A DNA stretch of 64,000 bases from an uncultured bacterium (lineage in GTDB: Bacteria > Babelota > Babeliae > Babelales > RVW-14). Positions 60,689 through 64,000 of this stretch are shown here, in pieces. The stretch covers positions 64,001 to 128,000 of the forward strand of contig CAVXAT010000002.1 in the NCBI GenBank assembly GCA_963759805.1. The letters are read 5' to 3'. Under the pieces are notes generated by a model, which searched no databases, had not been told where the DNA came from, and was given only the letters and a program-made list of their open reading frames with translations. The position numbers were made by a program, and so were the translations under genes. The first letter of the stretch is position 1. The number at the start of each line of letters is the position of its first letter.

Positions 60689-61600
60689 ATGACAATAAAA
60701 AATTGTTTCCTTGCACCTATTCTCTTGCAAACGTTGGTTTCAATTCAAATAAATGCTAGCTCAAAAAAAATTGTACCTCCAAAAGCAGTAGAAGCCAAAC
60801 AAGAAGCCAAAAAACCTGATACAAGCAACATTTTTGACCTTAAAAATTTTGAACGCCTAGCAAACATAACGATATCTTCTGATATAAAAAAATATTATTC
60901 AGATATAGATAAAGTTGATGGATGGTTTGATAAAAGACATATTATAATACTCCTCTTAATAAATTTATTTCAAACAAAAAATAGCATTAATGGAAATTTG
61001 GGTGAAATTGGTGTTTGGCAAGGCAAATCTTTTATTCCATTAATGCTACTTGCTAAAAACAATGAATATGCTGCTGCTATAGACTGCTTTGAATCATACG
61101 AATTCAATCGCGACAATTCCGGAGGAGGTTCTTGTAGCTTCGAAATTTTTAATAAAAATGTAGAAAAGTATTGTTCAAAACATAGTAATCTTAGAGTTAT
61201 AAAAGGTGATTCCTCTAGCTTTTCAGCAAAAGATTATCTCAGTGTAATGGAAAATGGGAAAGGCTTTAGAATATTTAGCATTGATGGTTGCCATGAAGCT
61301 CCCTCTACCATTAAAGACATGGAAAATGCATTTAACTGCCTGGCTGATGGAGGCGTTATAATCATTGATGACTATTTTCACACTTGTTGGCCAGGAGTTT
61401 CTGAAGGCCTTAATTTTTTTATGAATAAAAATGTTAATTGTTTGAAACCATTTTTAATTGCATGGAACAAAATATTTTTTGCACAACCAGCCTTTGCAAA
61501 AAAATATTTTGACTTGATTAAAGAATTTTTGATTCCCAATGATGTAAGAATAAAAAAATTCTTTGGCGTAGACACGTTAATATATGATAAGCAAGGATAA
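60689..61600 (+). CDS. Class I SAM-dependent methyltransferase (Methyltransf_24-like) with a signal peptide
   Basis: GEIGVWQGKS, SIDGCH, GGVIIIDDY and WPGV. Confidence 0.8.
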   Translation: MTIKNCFLAPILLQTLVSIQINASSKKIVPPKAVEAKQEAKKPDTSNIFDLKNFERLANITISSDIKKYYSDIDKVDGWFDKRHIIILLLINLFQTKNSINGNLGEIGVWQGKSFIPLMLLAKNNEYAAAIDCFESYEFNRDNSGGGSCSFEIFNKNVEKYCSKHSNLRVIKGDSSSFSAKDYLSVMENGKGFRIFSIDGCHEAPSTIKDMENAFNCLADGGVIIIDDYFHTCWPGVSEGLNFFMNKNVNCLKPFLIAWNKIFFAQPAFAKKYFDLIKEFLIPNDVRIKKFFGVDTLIYDKQG

Positions 61601-61605
61601 TAAAA

Positions 61606-62532
61606 ATGAATTATAAAATACTTTTTTTATTTTTTTCACTAAGCATTAATCCCATATCAGCTAACGTTGAAACCCATCTAAAAAAAATAGTCGGAAAATC
61701 TGGAAATCACAAAATAAAAAATATAGATTTTATCTACATGATAAATTTGGATAAACGACCAGAAAAATTTGCCCGTTGCAAAGAACAACTATCTAAGTAC
61801 AATATTGAGCCATTTAGATTTTCTGCAGTTAATGGATGGGAATTACCAATGGAAACCATTAACGATGTTGGCGTAAAATACGAAACATGGATGGCGAAAG
61901 ATCTATGGGGAACTTATTATTCACCAGATAAAGGAGAGTTTCAGCATGAAATTATGAACGTCAAAGGAAGAACTTATTTCTGTCATTGTACGGTTCGCGG
62001 GCCAATTGGAATAAACCTAAGTCATCTTTCGATTCTTAAAGATGCATTGGATTCAAAATATAATACGATATGGGTAATGGAAGATGATATTCAGATTATT
62101 AAGGATCCACATAAAATTTCATCTTTAATTGATAAATTAGATAATCTTGTAGGTAAAAAAGGATGGGATATACTGTTTACAGACAAGGATGCAAAGGATC
62201 GAAATGGAAACTATGTTGTATGTTTAAGTTATGCCAAAAGACCAAACTTTTCCCCTTTGCATCCTGAACGATTTGCGGTAAGAAAACAAATTGATTCTGA
62301 TTTTATAAAAATTGGAGCACGTTATGGAGCACATTCAATGATAATTAGGAAGTCTGGAATACAAAAGCTTTTAAAATTTTTTTGTAAGTATTCCCTATTT
62401 CTTCCATATGATATGGATTTTACTATGCCTGACGACATACACTTGTATACCGTTACAGATGATATTGTATCAAACCAGCCTGGAGCACTTTCAGACAACG
62501 GATCTCCAGGATATTTGAAAAAAGAAAAATAA
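61606..62532 (+). CDS. Glycosyltransferase family 25 with a signal peptide
   Basis: MNYKILFLFFSLSINPISA; YMINLDKRPEK, RFSAVNG, LSH and VMEDD. Confidence 0.8.
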   Translation: MNYKILFLFFSLSINPISANVETHLKKIVGKSGNHKIKNIDFIYMINLDKRPEKFARCKEQLSKYNIEPFRFSAVNGWELPMETINDVGVKYETWMAKDLWGTYYSPDKGEFQHEIMNVKGRTYFCHCTVRGPIGINLSHLSILKDALDSKYNTIWVMEDDIQIIKDPHKISSLIDKLDNLVGKKGWDILFTDKDAKDRNGNYVVCLSYAKRPNFSPLHPERFAVRKQIDSDFIKIGARYGAHSMIIRKSGIQKLLKFFCKYSLFLPYDMDFTMPDDIHLYTVTDDIVSNQPGALSDNGSPGYLKKEK

Positions 62533-62577
62533 TTACTAAATAATTCTGGTATTTTTATCAAAAAAAAAGCGTTAGTT

Positions 62578-63627
62578 ATGCATATAAAAATATTTTTTAT
62601 ATGTGGCTTGTTATTCTACGTAAATTTGTCAGCCACTACCAAAAAAATAATTTACTTAGTTCCACCTTATTCTTCAGGAAAAGAGAATCTACTTTTTAAT
62701 CCAAATGAAAGGGATGACTGCAATAAGCCATTTATCGAATTAAGAAATGCAGCAGAAAAACTTGGTCATTCTTTAAAAGTAACAAAAGACATTACAAACT
62801 CAACCAATGTAGCCGCCATTGTCGTTATTACAACAAAACATTTAAATCCTGAATTTTTCAGGCAACTAGAAAAATACCCTTTAGAAAAACGTATTCTTTT
62901 TTTATACGAATCTCCATTGCTTGAGGGATGGGCGCATATTCCAGATATTACAAAGCATTTTGGAAAAACGTTTACCATGCTTGATAATTTTGTTGATAAC
63001 AAAACTTATTTTAAATTCTACATGCCACAACCATACCTAAGTATGCTTAAAAATATTCCAGATTTTGCTAAAAAGAAATTTTGTACATTAATCGCAGGAA
63101 ACAAAAACTGGAACAACGAGAAAAACCGTAACGAATTGTACTCTGAACGTAAAAAGACAATAAAATTCTTTGAATCTCTTCACCAAAATGAATTTGACTT
63201 ATATGGCATAGGCTGGAATACAAAAGAATACCCATCTTATAAGGGGAATATTACAAATAAAGCACAAATTCTGCAACAATACAAATTTTGCATCTGCTAT
63301 GAAAATATTCAAAACGTTTTTGGATATGTTTCTGAAAAGATTTTCGATTGCATGGCGGCAGGATGTGTTCCTGTTTATTGGGGAGCATCAAACATCCCAG
63401 ATTATGTTCCTGCTAACTGTTTTATTGACCGCCGTAAATTTAAGTCGCATGACGATTTATATCTATTTTTAAAAAGCATGGATAAGAAGACATATAACAA
63501 ATATCTAGAAAACATAAAAAGGTTCTTTAATTCTTCGCAGGCATCAAACTTTTCAATAGATAATTTCATAAAAATATTTTTTGCTGCAATCGATAGCTCC
63601 AAACAACAAGATCCTGGAAATGAATAA
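62578..63627 (+). CDS. Glycosyltransferase family 10 (alpha-1,3/4-fucosyltransferase-like) with a signal peptide
   Basis: YKFCICYEN....GYVSEKIFD...AGCVPVYWGA is the GT10 motif; N-terminus MHIKIFFICGLLFYVNLSA. Confidence 0.85.
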   Translation: MHIKIFFICGLLFYVNLSATTKKIIYLVPPYSSGKENLLFNPNERDDCNKPFIELRNAAEKLGHSLKVTKDITNSTNVAAIVVITTKHLNPEFFRQLEKYPLEKRILFLYESPLLEGWAHIPDITKHFGKTFTMLDNFVDNKTYFKFYMPQPYLSMLKNIPDFAKKKFCTLIAGNKNWNNEKNRNELYSERKKTIKFFESLHQNEFDLYGIGWNTKEYPSYKGNITNKAQILQQYKFCICYENIQNVFGYVSEKIFDCMAAGCVPVYWGASNIPDYVPANCFIDRRKFKSHDDLYLFLKSMDKKTYNKYLENIKRFFNSSQASNFSIDNFIKIFFAAIDSSKQQDPGNE

Positions 63628-63802
63628 ATAACAGCCCTTAATCCTGCAGCGAGCCCCTTTATCACGAAAAATTTTTAGCGGGAATTGCTTTTAATCCTGA
63701 GCATACTCTTTTGATTATTCCAAATATCTGTACATCCAAATTAATTTTCGTATAAGTTGTTATGTAGAGAAAGTGCAATCATTCTTTTATTAAGGGGGGA
63801 AT

Positions 63803-64000
63803 ATGAAGTTAGGATATCTGCTTGTAATTTTATTATTAACTTTTACAACTAAAACATTATATTGTACAAATAATCACTCTCTAAAAACACATCCACAAAT
63901 CTCTCGAAAGTTTAAACTGTTGACAACGCTTTACAATGAAAAAAACGAAAAAAGATTTTTAGAATTCGTAACATGTATTGAAAATAATTTAAAAAATACA
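63803..64000 (+). CDS. Partial gene running off the window, with a signal peptide
   Basis: ATG after AAGGGGG; open for 66 codons: MKLGYLLVILLLTFTTKTLYC...LLTTLYNEKNEKRFLEFVTCIENN. Confidence 0.65.
   Translation, partial: MKLGYLLVILLLTFTTKTLYCTNNHSLKTHPQISRKFKLLTTLYNEKNEKRFLEFVTCIENNLKNT

Noticed and set aside
1..64000. tRNA, rRNA, prophage or integron features
   Set aside because: No recognisable cloverleaf, rRNA, phage structural gene or integron integrase was seen by eye; a tRNAscan-SE or Infernal run would be needed to exclude small RNAs.

Overview
AT-rich bacterial genomic DNA. Gene style suggests an intracellular protist-associated bacterium such as Candidatus Dependentiae/Babeliota (TM6); this is an inference from the signal-peptide-bearing ankyrin and hypothetical proteins, the DUF4143 ATPases and the gene content, not a database result. 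1-8 kb holds the 3' end of a polymorphic toxin whose colicin E3-like RNase motif is split by an IS3-family element, a likely immunity gene, exported hypothetical proteins and a type II toxin-antitoxin pair. 8-33 kb is mostly housekeeping (metG, lepB, potABCD, rnpB, mnmA, secA, nurA), mixed with three AAA+/DUF4143 ATPases, ankyrin proteins and an orphan antitoxin. mnmA and nurA carry in-frame nested palindromic DNA inserts of one repeat family. 33.4-64 kb is a glycan-modification locus of about 25 genes: GT2, GT4, GT10, GT25, NodZ-like and GT11-like transferases, pyruvyltransferases, a methyltransferase, beta-propeller glycosidase-like proteins, two circularly permuted ATP-grasp enzymes, Ugd, Gmd and Fcl. 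Its most striking property is that essentially every enzyme, including the normally cytoplasmic nucleotide-sugar enzymes, begins with a Sec-type signal peptide or anchor, and no flippase, polymerase or initiating transferase is visible in the window. Many frameshifts between about 41 and 51.5 kb may be sequencing errors.
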